A stretch of 64,000 nt of DNA, taken from positions 559,945-623,944 of the forward strand of contig OZ244954.1 of NCBI GenBank assembly GCA_965222545.1, written 5' to 3'. The DNA is from Mycoplasmatales bacterium. Its GTDB lineage: Bacteria > Bacillota_I > Bacilli_A > Mycoplasmatales > G965222545. The position numbers and the translations under genes are program-made. Under the pieces are notes generated by a model. It saw only the letters and a list, made by a program, of their open reading frames with translations. It was not told where the DNA came from and did not search any database. Of this stretch, positions 35,332 to 48,316 are shown in pieces. Each line of letters starts with the position of its first letter. Positions within the stretch are counted from its first letter, which is position 1.

Positions 35332-36222
35332 TTACCCCTTACCTTCTGATCCAAATAATTTTATTTTATGGATTAGAGCTTCTTTCATAACATCGATTCC
35401 TGCTTTATTTATTTTTCTTGGATCATATCCTTTATCTTTTAAGTCCATGCCGTTTGCAAAATATTCTTTAACACCTTTACAATAAGCTTCTTGATTTTCT
35501 GTATTAACATTTATTTTACAAATACCATTTTGAATAGCTTTTTTAATTATTTCATCACTTAAACCAGAACCACCATGTAATACTAATGGTAAGTGAGATT
35601 TTTCTCTTGCTTTTTCCATATTACTAAAACCAATTTTAGGTTCATCAATATATTTACCATGTACTGATCCATATGTTGCAGCTAATACATCTATTCCTAT
35701 AGATTTTATAGCTAATACATCTTCAATTTTAGCATATACAGATTGTTTGTTATAATGACCATCTTCTTCACCACCAACTAATCCAACTTCAGCTTCAACG
35801 CTTACATTATATTTTTTAGCTAAATTAACTACTTTTTGGGTTGTTGAACAATTTTCTTTAATTGGATATTTACTATTATCTATCATAACAGATCCGCACC
35901 CATCCATAATTGCTTTTTTTGCAACTTCCAATGATGAACCATGATCTAAATGTGCTGCTACTGGAACAGTAATGTTTAAATCTTTCATTAAACCAACAAT
36001 CATATTACAAGCTGTTTCATAACCACCAATATATTTTGCAGCTCCTTCACTTATTCCTAAAATGACAGGTGATTGTAATTCTTGACAAACTTCAAGAATA
36101 CTTTTTGTTCACTCTAAGTTATTAATATTAAATTGAGGCACAGCATACTTATTTTCTTTTGCTTTATTACACATTTCTTTAATATTTGTGTAATTTTTAA
36201 CCTTATAATCTGTATATATCAT
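35332..36222 (-). CDS. fba: class II fructose-bisphosphate aldolase (296 aa)
   Basis: VPQFNINNLEW, PVAAHLDHG and LVLHGGSG motifs, 891 nt with TGA=Trp. Confidence 0.9.
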
Positions 36223-36293
36223 TTTAACTCCTAAATATATTTTATTCATTATATTATAATAAATTTTTCTTTTTTATAATTTCCTTTATTAGT

Positions 36294-37922
36294 TTAATTA
36301 TTTTTAACGATTACATTAATAAACTTTGCAAATAAGGGGTTTGGGCGATTATAACGGCTTGTAAGTTCTGGATGAAATTGTGTGCCAATGAAAAACGGAT
36401 GAATCTTATTAGGTAACTCACAAGCTTCAATTAAATTTTGCTTTTTATAAAAAGCTCCAAGTACTAAATCCTTACTAAATAATACTTTTTTATATTCATT
36501 ATTAAATTCATAACGATGACGATGTCTTTCTAAAATTATATCTGTATTATAAATTTTTCTTATATATGATTTTGGTGTTAATTGTGCTTGATATGCTCCA
36601 AGTCTTAATGTACCACCAGCACCAGAATCAATATCTTTACCAATTAAAACTTTAAAAAGGGCATTATTAGTATTTTTATTAAATTCTGTTGAATCAGCAT
36701 CTTTTAAATTTAAAACATTTCTTGCATATTCAATACACATTAATTGCATTCCTAAACAAATCCCAAGTAGTGGAATTTTATTTTTTCTAGCATATTTAAT
36801 TGTTAATAATTTCCCGTTAACTCCTCTTTGTCCAAAGCCACCAGGAATAACAATTCCGTGAAATTTTTTTAAAACTTTTTTTAAATTACTTTGATTAATT
36901 TTTTCAGAATTTAATTGCTCTATTTTAACATTGGTTAAATTTTTAATTCCAGCGTGTTCTAGTGCTTCATATATTGAAAGATATGCATCTTTTGTTTGAT
37001 TATATTTACCAACCATAGCAATGTTTACTTTACCTTTTATTTTATTCAGTTGATTATTTAAATTATTTCATATTTTCATATTAGATTTTTTAACCTTTTT
37101 AAATTCTAGTATCTTAAGAATTTCATGATCAAGTTCTTGTTTATTTAATAATAATAAGATAGCAATTTTGTTTTTTACATTAATTGAACTAATTACTCTT
37201 TTTACACTTACTCCACTAAATAAAGAAATCTTATCTATTGCACTTTTAGGTATCATATCGTTTGAACGTAAAACAATAATATCTGGTTGTATTCCAATTC
37301 TTCTTAATTCACTTACAGATGATTGGGTTGGTTTAGTTTTATATTCATTTGTTGCATCAATATAAGGAACCAAAGTACAATGAACATAACAAACATTTTT
37401 TGGTAAATCATTTTTAATTTGTCTAATTGATTCAAAAAAGATATTTGATTCAATATCTCCTACGGTTCCCCCAATTTCAATAATAACAAAATCAAAATCT
37501 TTTTTCATGAGATTATAAATTTTAGATTTAATTAAATTACTAACGTGAGGAATTAGTTGAATTGTATCACCTAAATATTTACCATGTCGTTCGTTTTCTA
37601 ATATTTCTTGAAAAATTTTACCAGCTGTTATATTTGATTCATGTGTTAGATTGATATCTACAAATCTTTCATAATGTCCTAAGTCTAAATCAGTTTCAGC
37701 ACCATCATTTGTAACAAATACTTCACCGTGTTGATCAGGATTCATTGTTCCGCAATCAATATTTAAATAAGGATCAATTTTTAGCATAAAAACTTTATAT
37801 CCTCTTGCTTTTAAAAGTGCACCAATTGAACTTGAAACAATTCCTTTTCCTAAAGAAGATATCACACCGCCAGTTACAAAAACTAATTTAGTTTTTTTAT
37901 TTTTTATAGCATTAATGGTCAA
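36294..37922 (-). CDS. pyrG: CTP synthase (542 aa)
   Basis: FVTGGVISSLGKG N-terminus. Glutaminase domain GICLGMQ..HRHRYE. The two fragments join through TGA. 1629 nt. Confidence 0.95.
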
Positions 37923-37925
37923 TAC

Positions 37926-38330
37926 CTACTTTTCAGTAGCCATAGTTTTTGCTAATTCTTTTTTTGTATCTTCAATATGTTTTTTTTCTTCTTTAATTAC
38001 TTCTTTTGAGTCTGTACTATAGTCATATATATCATCTGAAAATATTGATGTAACATTATTTTGCTTTTTAATCTCTTTTATTTCACCTAATGAATAAAAT
38101 TTCTTAAGTGATCAAAGTTCTTTTTTATCATTTACAGTAAAAATAAATTTTTTATGCATACAAAGGGTTGTATAAAATTCTCCAACCAAAAGATCAGCAT
38201 CTTCTTTAGAAATTTTTTGACCTTCACAAATATGTCCTCATATTTCTTTAAACTCTAAGGGTTGCCCTTTTTTATTAATAAGCTCTTCTGCTATCTTAAT
38301 AAAGTCATAATTTTTATATTCATTAACCAT
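37926..38330 (-). CDS. rpoE: RNA polymerase delta subunit (134 aa)
   Basis: The N-terminal HARE-HTH-like region (..IKIAEELINKKGQPLEFKEIW..FYTTLC.HKKFIF..ELWSLKKFY) and an acidic C-terminal half both fit delta. The position immediately upstream of pyrG matches Firmicutes. Confidence 0.7.
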
Positions 38331-39014
38331 AAATAATACTCCTAATAAGTATTTATTTTAACTTATTTTATGAAAATAATTCCCTTTATAATTATAATAT
38401 TAATATGAAAATAAATTATAAGTTTTGATTAATGAATGTAGCATTTATATTATTTATCGAAGTTTTTATAATTATGTGAAAAATATTAATTTAAATTTCT
38501 TTGGTTATTATTTTTTTTAAATATATTTTTAATAACCTTAATTTTCCTTTATTATTGACAACTGATAATATTAAAATAAATATAAATATTATGTCTATAA
38601 CTAAAAAAGAAAAACCTAACGACAAAGTAAAATTTGATGATATGCGAGTGAATTTAAATCTTTTATATATGTTTATCTATATAATCATTAAAAATATTGA
38701 AGTCTTTTGTAAGATGAAGTCGTTGAACTAGATTAAAGGATTCCTCATTACCTCTTATGTTAGTATATGAAAAATTCATATAATAACCATAAATAACTTC
38801 AATTACTCCTGCAAGCACAAGATATTTAATTATAGTTATCCATATTAAAAAATGTTTTTTTATTAAAAGACATGTATTATGAAAAATGGAATTTTCTCAT
38901 AAGTATATTTTTTGTTTTGTATTTCTGTCAATATTAAATCATCTTGCATAAACCACATATAATAGTTCTTGATTTATTTTCACTTTTAAAAGATCTGTTT
39001 ATAGAAAAATCATT

Positions 39015-39190
39015 TATTAAATAATTTTTGCATCAATTATTGCTTCAAAGAGTTTTTCAAACGCTATATCATTTTGATGTTTACTTGGATGATATTTTAG
39101 CGAAAGCTCTTTGTAAACGTTATTAACTTAATCCTTTGATGGAAATTCTTTACTAATTTGCAATATATTTAATGCTTCGTTTCATGTCAT
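39015..39190 (-). pseudogene. decayed J-domain (DnaJ-like) gene fragment
   Basis: MTWNEALNILQISKEFPSKD*VNNVYKELSLKYHPSKHQNDIAFEKLFEAIIDAKII. In-frame TAA at 39128-39130 and HPD changed to HPS. Downstream sequence (38590-39015) has TM-like stretches but many stops. Confidence 0.5.
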
Positions 39191-39484
39191 TTTATAGTGT
39201 CATGTCCAGCATCATTAATGTTAAAAAGGCAACTCAAAATACAGATGTAAAAAAGTCATATAATATATATTTTGCATAGTGATGATAATGTACTTTATCA
39301 GAATTTTTTGCTTCTGATAAACTATACAAAGTAAATAAAATATATAAGGAAACGGAATGATTATTTGTGTATGATAATAATTATATCCAGAATCATTTAT
39401 ATATATGAAACTATTTATTAGTATATTTAACATAAAATTATTTTAATATAAATGAATTAAAATAATTTTATAAACAATAAAAAA

Positions 39485-40801
39485 ATGAAAAATAATAATG
39501 AAATAAAAAGTGAAGTATATATCGGTATTAATGGTTGTGGTAAGAGTAATAAGTTACGGGATATAATGGATAAAAGTGATAAAGAAAAATCTATACTAAT
39601 ATCTTATAGTGAAAAAGATAATGCTCCGGATAGCAATATAAATAACAATAAAAACATATTATTTAATAATTTTATAAAATTTTTTAATAATTTATTTAAG
39701 GTAAAAGAAAAAATACTTCTAGATGATATAAAAAATAATAAAATAATTGAGTCTATAAAAAAAAAGAATGATATTTCTATGACTCAGGAAAATCTTGAGA
39801 TTAAATGAGAAAAATTAAAATCTGATAAAACGATTTCGTTTATTCCTGAACAATTTAAGTGTCCAATAATATCAAATAAAAAAAATAATGAATTTTATAT
39901 TGAAAAAAAATTATATGAATTTAATTTTAAAAATTGAAAATTATTAAAAAATAAAAATGATTATTTGAGTAATCACGGAACAGGTAGGTATGTTTATTTC
40001 CAAATAAAATTTTTATGTTCGTTTATAGATCTTATTCCTGCTGAAAATATTGGTGAATATTTTATTTTAATTGATGAGCCCGAATTATTTCTGCATAGTT
40101 CTTTAAAAAAAGAAATAGCAATTATGCTTAGAAAAATTAATAAAAAAATTAATGTGGTTCTTGCAACCCATTCTCCAACATTACTTAATTATTTTTATAC
40201 AACAAACAAAACAAAAATTTATTCAAAAAAACCTGTCAACAATATAAACCCTGATTGAATTAAATTTAGTAACTATATTGAAAAAAATCAATATAAGTAC
40301 CTACATAGGAGTAGGTGATTTGAATTACTCTTTTATAGTAAAGTTATACTTTGCGAAGGAAATAATGACGTTAAATTACTTAATTATATTTTAGAAATTG
40401 AAAATGCTTCTAAAAATGTAATGATACTATCAACACATATAGAAATGGATGAGGGAAAGAAAAGAATGTATGAATTGTATAAAGTTATTGCAATGCCTGC
40501 TGATGGTCAGCAAAATTATTTTTCTGATAATGAAATTTTTATATTATATGATAAGGATTCAGATAAGGATTCAGATAAGGATTCAGATAAAAATAAGGAT
40601 ATAAATAAAAAAATCAATACTATCAACAGTAGTAAATATGGATTTCATGATGACCTAGAAAAATACTTTGGTATAAAAACAGCAAAAAAATCAAAATGAG
40701 ATGAATATGCCTTCTTTGGTGAAAAGGAAAATAAAAAGAAACTTGATGGGTTCATTAAAGAAAGTGGTCTTATGAATTTTCTATCTTCTAAAAACAAATA
40801 A
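39485..40801 (+). CDS. OLD-family nuclease (ABC-type ATPase plus TOPRIM), 438 aa
   Basis: Walker A GINGCGKSN, signature-like SNHGTGRY, Walker B FILIDEPELFLH, and ATHSP. TOPRIM is KVILCEGNNDVKLL and FILYDKDSD. The four ORF fragments are all in frame through TGA. 1317 nt. Confidence 0.8.
40550..40585 (+). repeat. perfect 12-bp tandem repeat (GATAAGGATTCA)x3 inside the OLD gene, encoding (DKDS)3
   Basis: Direct reading of 40550-40561, 40562-40573 and 40574-40585. A partial fourth unit follows. Confidence 0.9.
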
Positions 40802-40826
40802 TAATATAATATATAAGGAGATTATA

Positions 40827-41048
40827 TTTATTTTTTATTTTCCTTTATTTAGAAATAATTTTACTGTTTAAGCTTTAAAATACTATCTAAGTAACAGACA
40901 TTATGAAGACTAAAAATCATTTTTATTTATTTATTACAGGTCATCTTTTATACGGAATAATGTTTTATATTTACTTAAACATTGAAGTTTTATTAATTTA
41001 TACTTGCTTTTAGCATAAACTATAGTTTAACTTAAATGAGACTTTTTT
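40827..41048 (-). pseudogene. internally deleted remnant of the membrane-protein gene found intact at 45010-45996
   Basis: Segments match 45009-45130, 45255-45310 and 45950-46033 in the same order and orientation. The start region reads tag-cat instead of cat. Confidence 0.65.
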
Positions 41049-41069
41049 AAGATATACTAATAATTATAT

Positions 41070-42614
41070 ATGACAAAATGTAAAGCAGTAGAAAAAATAA
41101 ATAAATTATCTAGTGATGTTTTCAATTTAGATGAAAAAAAAATTGCAAAAAAAATAATAATGAATGCTCCTGAAAAAGAAGTGGATCAATGATATAGATT
41201 TGTTATCCAACGTGTTAAATTTGGTTTTCGATTTGAATCGGCGCCAGATGTTGCTAAGGGCAGAATTGCGTATGTAAGTGAAAATAAAGAATTAAATATA
41301 AATTGTGAAAATAAGATATCTGAGGATGAAAATAAACTAATTATTGGTGAAAATTATGATGCTCTTAAAAATCTCTTATTAACTTACAGTCGTAAAATTG
41401 ATATTATTTACATAGATCCTCCATATAATTGTGAAACAACAGCAAAAGAAGGAAACAGTTTGAATTTAAATGATGTAAATATAGGAAATAAATATTTTAT
41501 ATATAGAAATAAATTTGGTCGAACTGGATGATTAAATTTAATGCAAGAAAGAATGATTATGGCAAGAGATCTTTTGAAGGAAACAGGAATAATATTTATT
41601 TCAATAGATGATGTAGAATGTGCATATTTAAAAATATTATTAGATGAAATATTCGGAGAAATAAATTTTATTTCTGATATTATTTGAAAACACAAAGCAG
41701 GCGGTGGACAGAAGTTTATATTACAAGAAACTGAACATATTTTATGTTATGGAAAGAATGTTTTAAACAATAAAGAGATTATAAGCTTTATGAAAGATAA
41801 GCAACTTAATAGAAAAAAATATAAACACGAAGATGCAAATGGTTATTATTTTGAAAGAGCACTTTTCAAAAAGAGAGATGCAAATAAAAATCAGATTTAT
41901 AGTGTATATAATCCTGTTTCAGCCAAAAAAATGATCTTGAAAGCACACCAAAAATGACATTATAGTTATGAGAGTTTTAATGACGAAGTTTTAAAAGGAA
42001 ATATAGTATTTAAGGAAAATAATACTTGTTATAAGAAAGAATACTATAAAATTGAACAAAAAATTTCAAATTTTTATGATGGTTCTAATGTTAGTATTGC
42101 TTCTAATGAACAAAAGGACATATTTAATAAAAAGGTTTTTGATTTTTCTAAGCCGATAGATTTAGTTAAATATTTATGTAAGTCGGTTTCAGTTAAAAAT
42201 AAAGAAAATAAAGAATTTAAAATATTAGATTTTTTTGCCGGATCTGGAACAACAGGACACGCTGTAATGCAACTTAATAAAGAAGATGGTGGAGAAAGAC
42301 AATTTATACTTATAACTAATAATGAAAATAATATAGGTACAGATGTTTGTTACGAAAGATTGCATAGAATTATTAAAGGTAAGGGGACAAAAAATGAATC
42401 ATTCAAATGAATTGAAAAAAATGATTATTATGAAAAAAATAAATTAAGGGTTTTTAATATTAATTATAAAAATGTTGAAAAATCTGAAAATGTAAATAAT
42501 TTAGAAAATATAGTGAGTAATGAACTTAAAAAACTTAATTCAGACTATAATAAAAAAAATATAGATTTATATTATGATTTAAATGCGTTAAATCCATTAC
42601 AAAAAGAAGAATAA
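41070..42614 (+). CDS. mod: Type III restriction-modification methyltransferase (Mod), 514 aa
   Basis: IIYIDPPYN (motif IV) precedes [11 protein letters not shown] (motif I), the beta-class order typical of Mod. 1545 nt with TGA=Trp. Confidence 0.85.
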
Positions 42615-42618
42615 AATA

Positions 42619-44976
42619 ATGCTTACTTTAACTAATGCACAAGAAAAAGCAGTAAAGGAACTTTTAAAGATATATTATGATGAGAAAAATAAGGTTGAAT
42701 TTAAATCACCAACGGGATCTGGCAAAACCTTTATAATTGCAAATTTTATTTCACAAATTTTACAAAATCAACCAACTACTGAAAAAATACTAATTTTTAT
42801 ATCAACAATGTCGTCTGCAGATCTGCCGAAACAATTTAAGAAAAAATTGGATGAATATAATAAATTTTTGACGTTTCAATTTAACACAACACTTCTTGAA
42901 TCTCCTTCTAAAAAACAACAAAATAAATCAAAAGATATGGAGGTACCTATTCACGTTAGAAATAAAGAAGTTATTGTTACTGGTAAATCATCATTTACAG
43001 CATCTTCAATTTTTTTTGCTAAAGGAAAAGGTGGAGCCTTTTTAAAATTTTTAAGTAATTTAGATGAGCCGGATAAATATAAATTAATATATATCCGTGA
43101 TGAAGCACACTGAGGAACAGATTTAACAAAATTTAATAAAAAAGAAAAAAATTTTGAATTAAAGATACGAGAAAGAGCAAATTTTATTCTTCAAATGTCA
43201 GCAACACCAAAAGGAAAATTTAAAAATCAAGTTATTTTATCTAAAAAAGATTTAATGAATGATTGTCTATCTCATAATATTTGTTTATTAAAAAATAAAC
43301 CAATTGAAAATGCTGGATTAGGTAATAAGAAATATGATAAAATATCAAATGAAATCCTAATTGAACACGCGTTATCTAAATTTAAAAATATTAAAAAAGA
43401 ACATGAAAGGGCCGCTGAATGTCAAATTAATCCTGCGGTTTTAATTCAAGTAGATAATGAAAGAAAAGAAGAAAAAGATAAATTTAAAAAAGAACTAAAA
43501 AAATTAATAAATCAAATTGAAAAAAAATCATTAAGTTGAGTAATATATTTTGGAGATAAAACTCAGAATAAATCAAATCTAAAAGAAGATATTAATTTAG
43601 AAAATATATCACTAAATGATTCACCAATTGATGTAATAATATTTAAAGTCGGAGCAGCTACTGGTTGGGATATACCAAGAGCTTGTATGCTGTTAAAAAT
43701 TCGAAATATTAGTTCAAATACATTAATGAGACAAACAATAGGAAGAATTATGAGAAATCCTCACCCTGAGTTAAAAAATAATGTTATGCTGAGAAAATCT
43801 TATATATACACAAATAAACAGTTGCCTAGTAGGGAAATTGCGTATTATAGGTTACAAGATAAGTTTATAAATGAAGAATGGCCAAAAGGAGAAATTTATA
43901 TAAATAAAGAAGAAAATTCTAAAATAGAAAAAGAATATGAAGGATGATTAGAAGGATGATTAGAAAAAAATAAAGAGGAAATATTTGAAAAAATACAAAG
44001 TGAAATACTACAAAAAGATAACCAGAAATTATATTTTATTGAAAAAAAGATTAGATCAACTGGTAAAAATGATGCTCACTTTACTAAATCAATTTATGCA
44101 GAAGGGGGGATGTCTAATGCAATTGAATTATATATAGAAACACAAAAGTTAGTTGCTAAATATGACAAATTTATTAAACCATTATTGCTAATAATTAAAA
44201 ATGATTATAATAGTTATAATTATATTCATGTTTTATTTATAATTTTTAAATACTATATTAATGAAATTAGAGAAGGATATATAGAATTAAAAAATAAAAT
44301 GTTAAATCCGAATTATGTTATTCAGAACGAAAAAGACCTTTTGCCAAAAGATTATACTATTTGAAAATCAAAATGAACATATTTAAATAAAAATAATATT
44401 GAACCTTCTAATGATGAAAATTTTGAGGAAATTAAAGATATCTATGCATATAGAAACAAAAATAATAGTGAAGAATATATTCAATTTTTAGATTCTTATC
44501 CAGAAAAAACAGTAATGAGAAATATTGTCTCAAACTTAATTAACGATAAAGATAAGAAGTTTGTTAAACATATTAAAATAATAGCTAAACTCCCATCTCT
44601 TCCTTCTGACCTGTCATTTGATAGATTTACTGAATTAAAAACAAAAACTAAATCATTTCCTGATTTTATATTTAAAATTATTATAAATGATCAAAATTCA
44701 AAATATATTTTTATGGAAGTAAAGTCAAAAGCAGATTATGATGAAAATAAAACTAAAACTCTAATAGAAGCATATAAAGGATATTCATTTAATAACGACC
44801 ACCTTTTCTTTGTAATAGTATGGGTTTGTAAAGATTTTGAAGATAGAAAAGCTGAATGATACAAGATCAAATGTTTTTCAAACAACGAAACTCTCTCGGA
44901 AATAAATCAAATAACTGATACACCATATACAGTAATTAGAAAAGTAATAAAAAGTTGAACAGAAGAATTAAAATAA
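42619..44976 (+). CDS. res: Type III restriction enzyme Res subunit (SF2 helicase plus C-terminal PD-(D/E)xK-like nuclease), 785 aa
   Basis: SPTGSGKT (motif I), IRDEAH (DEAH), MSATP and TIGRIMR motifs. C-terminal PDFIF...FMEVKSK. All five ORF fragments are in frame through TGA. Starts 4 nt after mod. Confidence 0.85.
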
Positions 44977-45009
44977 AATATTTAAATAATATGGAATTGC
45001 TAAGTATGC

Positions 45010-45996
45010 TTATTTTTTGCTTTCTATTTTTTCTTCTTTTATTTTAGAAATAATTTTAATCGCTTCAGCTTTTGAAATACTATCTAAATAACAAACGTTA
45101 TGAAGATCTAAAAATCATAATTGTTTTTCAGTAGCTTGTTGATATATACTTGTTTTCTTTTTTTTATTTTTAATATTAGAATTAGATTTTAAAGAACTTG
45201 CTATCATTTCTCTTGCATCATTTTTTGATATATCAATTTCATATTTAATATGTTGTTTATCTAAAAATCATTTTTGTTTATTTGTTGCAGGTTCATCTTT
45301 TATATCATGACTAACATAATATTTTTTTAGATAACGTTTTGATTTAATCCTTTTTTCAAGATCTTCTAAGTCAATATTGTTTCACTTGTAGTTAGTATTT
45401 ATTTTATAAATTATTCCATAGATTCTTTGGGTTAGTAAAAAGATAATAATTAACGATAACATTACTGCAAAAAGATATATTATTGATTCAAAAAACAACA
45501 CTGTGTAGCTTATATAAACGTTGTAAACTTTGTGAAGAGTTTTTAAAAAATTAGGATCAGGATTAATATCTTTATATTTACTTAGAGTTTGATATTGATC
45601 ATGTCAATATGCATAAGTATTACTTAAATCAATTGTTCTATAAAGAACATAACCGATAAAAAACATAAAGATACCAAAGAAGACTCAAATAACAATAAAG
45701 TTACGATTGTTATACCCAACATCTTTATATATTGCTCGATAAAATAATAATGATAAACTAGTTAAAATAGTAACAAAAATGCTAACTAAATATATTGCTG
45801 TTATGCTATAAGGAAATGAGTTATTATGATTTGAAGTAATACCTTTAATAAAAGATAATAAACAAGCATGTAATATTAAATCACTAATAGTGATTATTAA
45901 AATAAGTGATATTAATATGATACATATCTTACTGTTAAATTTTAATAAAACATGCATTAATGATTGAAGTTTTGTTAATTTATATTTAATTTTCAT
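45010..45996 (-). CDS. membrane protein with two C-terminal KQ.WFLD..-type repeats (328 aa)
   Basis: ORF 45685-45996 continues through TGA codons to TAA at 45010, 987 nt. N-terminal half is polytopic. C-terminal repeats are NKQKWFLDKQHIKYEIDISKNDAREMI and EKQLWFLDLHNVCYLDSISKAEAIKII. Confidence 0.6.
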
Positions 45997-46486
45997 CTTA
46001 AATTATAGTTTAGTTTAAATGAGACTTTTTTGGGACTTATTAATTATTTATTTTGTTTTATTTATCTTTATATACATATATCTATATAATTTTTTAGAAG
46101 TTTGTTGCTATATAATTATTATATGGCTATTTATAATTCACATTACGTGGCCAATTTTATTTTGAAACGAATTAAAAAGAAGAATTTTTTTCCATCATGA
46201 ATTTTTTTTGTTGATAAATAAAATTAATAAAATAAAAATTGATAAATTGTTTAAAAAAGATAAATTTTTTTCTAGAAAGAGAAATATAAATTCCTTAGAA
46301 GTTGCGGGAAAAATCTTGAAATTTAATGAAATAAATATATAGAAAAACCATTTAATAAATTTGTTATATATATTGGTCAAAATGAAAATAATTACACTAA
46401 ATTAAATAACTAAAATAAAAAAATAAGCAAAAATTACAAAATATATCGTAAGAGACAAAAAAATAAATGATACAATATTTATAATA

Positions 46487-47493
46487 ATGAATAATAAAAA
46501 AAGTGAAAAATCAACTAATAAAACACAGCCTAATGAGTATCCAGATGATTCACGAATGATTTTAAAAAAGCTAAAGCTTTTTTTAATATTGAAAAAGAAA
46601 ACTCATCACTATTAAACAATAAATTAATAGATAACGGCACTAAAGACAAAGCTAAAATAAACGAAAATATTAATATTCATAAAAATGAATTTTTGCAGTG
46701 TCAATTAAAAAGATTTGAAAAAATAGGTGTTATATGTAATACAAATGCTGATAAGATTTGATTAAAATATCAAAGTTTTCTTATTGTTAAAGATATTAAA
46801 AACCTCTCTCAAAAAAATAATATTTCTCTGGAGGATCTGAAACAAATCATCAAATATGAAGAATCGTTTTTACAGTTTTTATTAATTTGAGTCACAAATA
46901 TTGAAAAATATATGAGAACTATTTTTACAGGTTTCTATATAACAAGGGACCAGAAAAAAAGAAATATAATTAGTCAAACTATAAAAAAGGGAATTTCTAA
47001 TAATTGGGGGTGAAGAAATAAAGATAAGCATAATAATTTAATTAAATTACCTACCGAAAAACAAATTCATAATTGTGCATTATCAACATTAACAGTAATA
47101 TTTTTAAAAGCTGGAAAAAATAATAATAGACTATCTAATGAGTTTTATGAATTCTTAGAAATAAAAGATAAATCACTTAATAAGCATTTAACAATGATTA
47201 TTAAATATAGAAATACTCTTTTACATTCATATAATTTTTTATTTACAAAAGAGAGAATTTCAATCAAAAACCACTTTAGTCTCATAATTAAAATTTTAAA
47301 ACTTATTTATCATAAGGAAAAATATCAAAAAGATGAAACAACTAATAAATTTTTAAATGGAATAGATGACTTTAGTCTTCTTAAAGGAAATTCCTATAAA
47401 TCTATGAAGAAAATATTTGGCAATAAATTTATAACTATTAAAGAAGAAAAATATTTAAGACAATACTTAAATCTAAAAAATAATAAAAAGTAA
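46487..47493 (+). pseudogene. Abi_2 (AbiD/AbiF-like) abortive-infection family gene, copy 1, apparent frameshift near 5' end
   Basis: The main frame (..QLKRFEKIGVICNTNADKIWLKY..IIKYEESFLQFLLIWVTNIEKYMR..IIKYRNTLLHSYNFLF..) has no ATG upstream. The ATG at 46487 is in another frame and terminates at ~46612. An A6 run lies at 46564-46569. The 1007 nt length is not divisible by 3. Confidence 0.55.
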
Positions 47494-47529
47494 TAAAAAT
47501 ATAAACTCAATTATAAAAAAAATTAAATC

Positions 47530-48238
47530 CTTTTTAATGTGAAAAAGAAAACTCTACAAATTAAATAATAAAAAAATCTCATAGTATTAAATGTTAAACC
47601 AGTAGATCATAATATTAATACTGTTAAACGTGAATTTCGCGAAACTCAATTAAAAAGATTTATAAAGGAAGGCATTATATATAAAACAAATGATGAAAAA
47701 GTGTGATTAGAAAATCAATGTTTCATTGTAATAAAAATATAGCTGATATTGAGAAATTTATAACAGCACAAATTGAAAAAACAGAGTGTGATTATAATAG
47801 GAAAAGCAAAATAAAAAATTTAAATTTTGAAAGAAAAATTTATCATATTTCGTTAATGTCTCTTAAAAATAAATTTTTTAATGAACATAATTTAGTGTTT
47901 TCTTGCTTTATAGGTATAGAGGCCGGACTATTAACTTCATATTTAAAGATATTGTGGATTATAGAAATGAGTTAGTACATTCACATAATTTTTTATTTGA
48001 AAAAGATAAAACTTCAATAATTAAATATATCAAGCCTATGCTAGAAATTATAAAATTAATTTATAGAGATCAAGAAGATCAGTTAAATACAATATTACAT
48101 AAATTTTGCGAGGAAGTAATTAATTTTAACCTTTTAGAGGAAAATACATATGAATGTATGAAAAAAGTATTTGATGATAAATTTGTAAGTATTAATGACG
48201 AAGAGTATTTAAAACAATGGCTTGAATATAGTAAATAA
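47530..48238 (+). pseudogene. Abi_2-like gene, copy 2, internally deleted with multiple stops
   Basis: The N-terminal piece VKREFRETQLKRFIKEGIIYKTNDEKVWLENQCF ends in TAG, and the middle is scrambled. The C-terminal piece is intact (IVDYRNELVHSHNFLF.., ORF 47903-48238). Confidence 0.55.
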
Positions 48239-48316
48239 TATAACTTTTTATATTTTTAGTTAAAAAATTAATTAGCACCTTAGAATAAAAAATTAAGATA
48301 TAATATTTTTATAATA

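Noticed and set aside
38501-39433. ORFs 38501-38731 (+) and 39221-39433 (-)
   Set aside because: The peptides are low-complexity Ile/Asn/Tyr-rich and lie in a region that reads as decayed pseudogene DNA, with no motifs or ribosome-binding context.
46124-46222. Short ORF MAIYNSHYVANFILKRIKKKNFFPSWIFFVDK, with N-terminus reminiscent of DUF4065/SocA-Panacea antitoxin-like proteins
   Set aside because: It is only ~32 codons before TAA. The downstream sequence gives only fragmentary resemblance in other frames (..HLINLLYI..). This is too short and degenerate to support a call, though it would fit the defence-island context.
46195-46380. 61-aa minus-strand ORF in the 45996-46487 intergenic region
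   Set aside because: It is low-complexity, has no homologous features, and lies in apparently decayed DNA.
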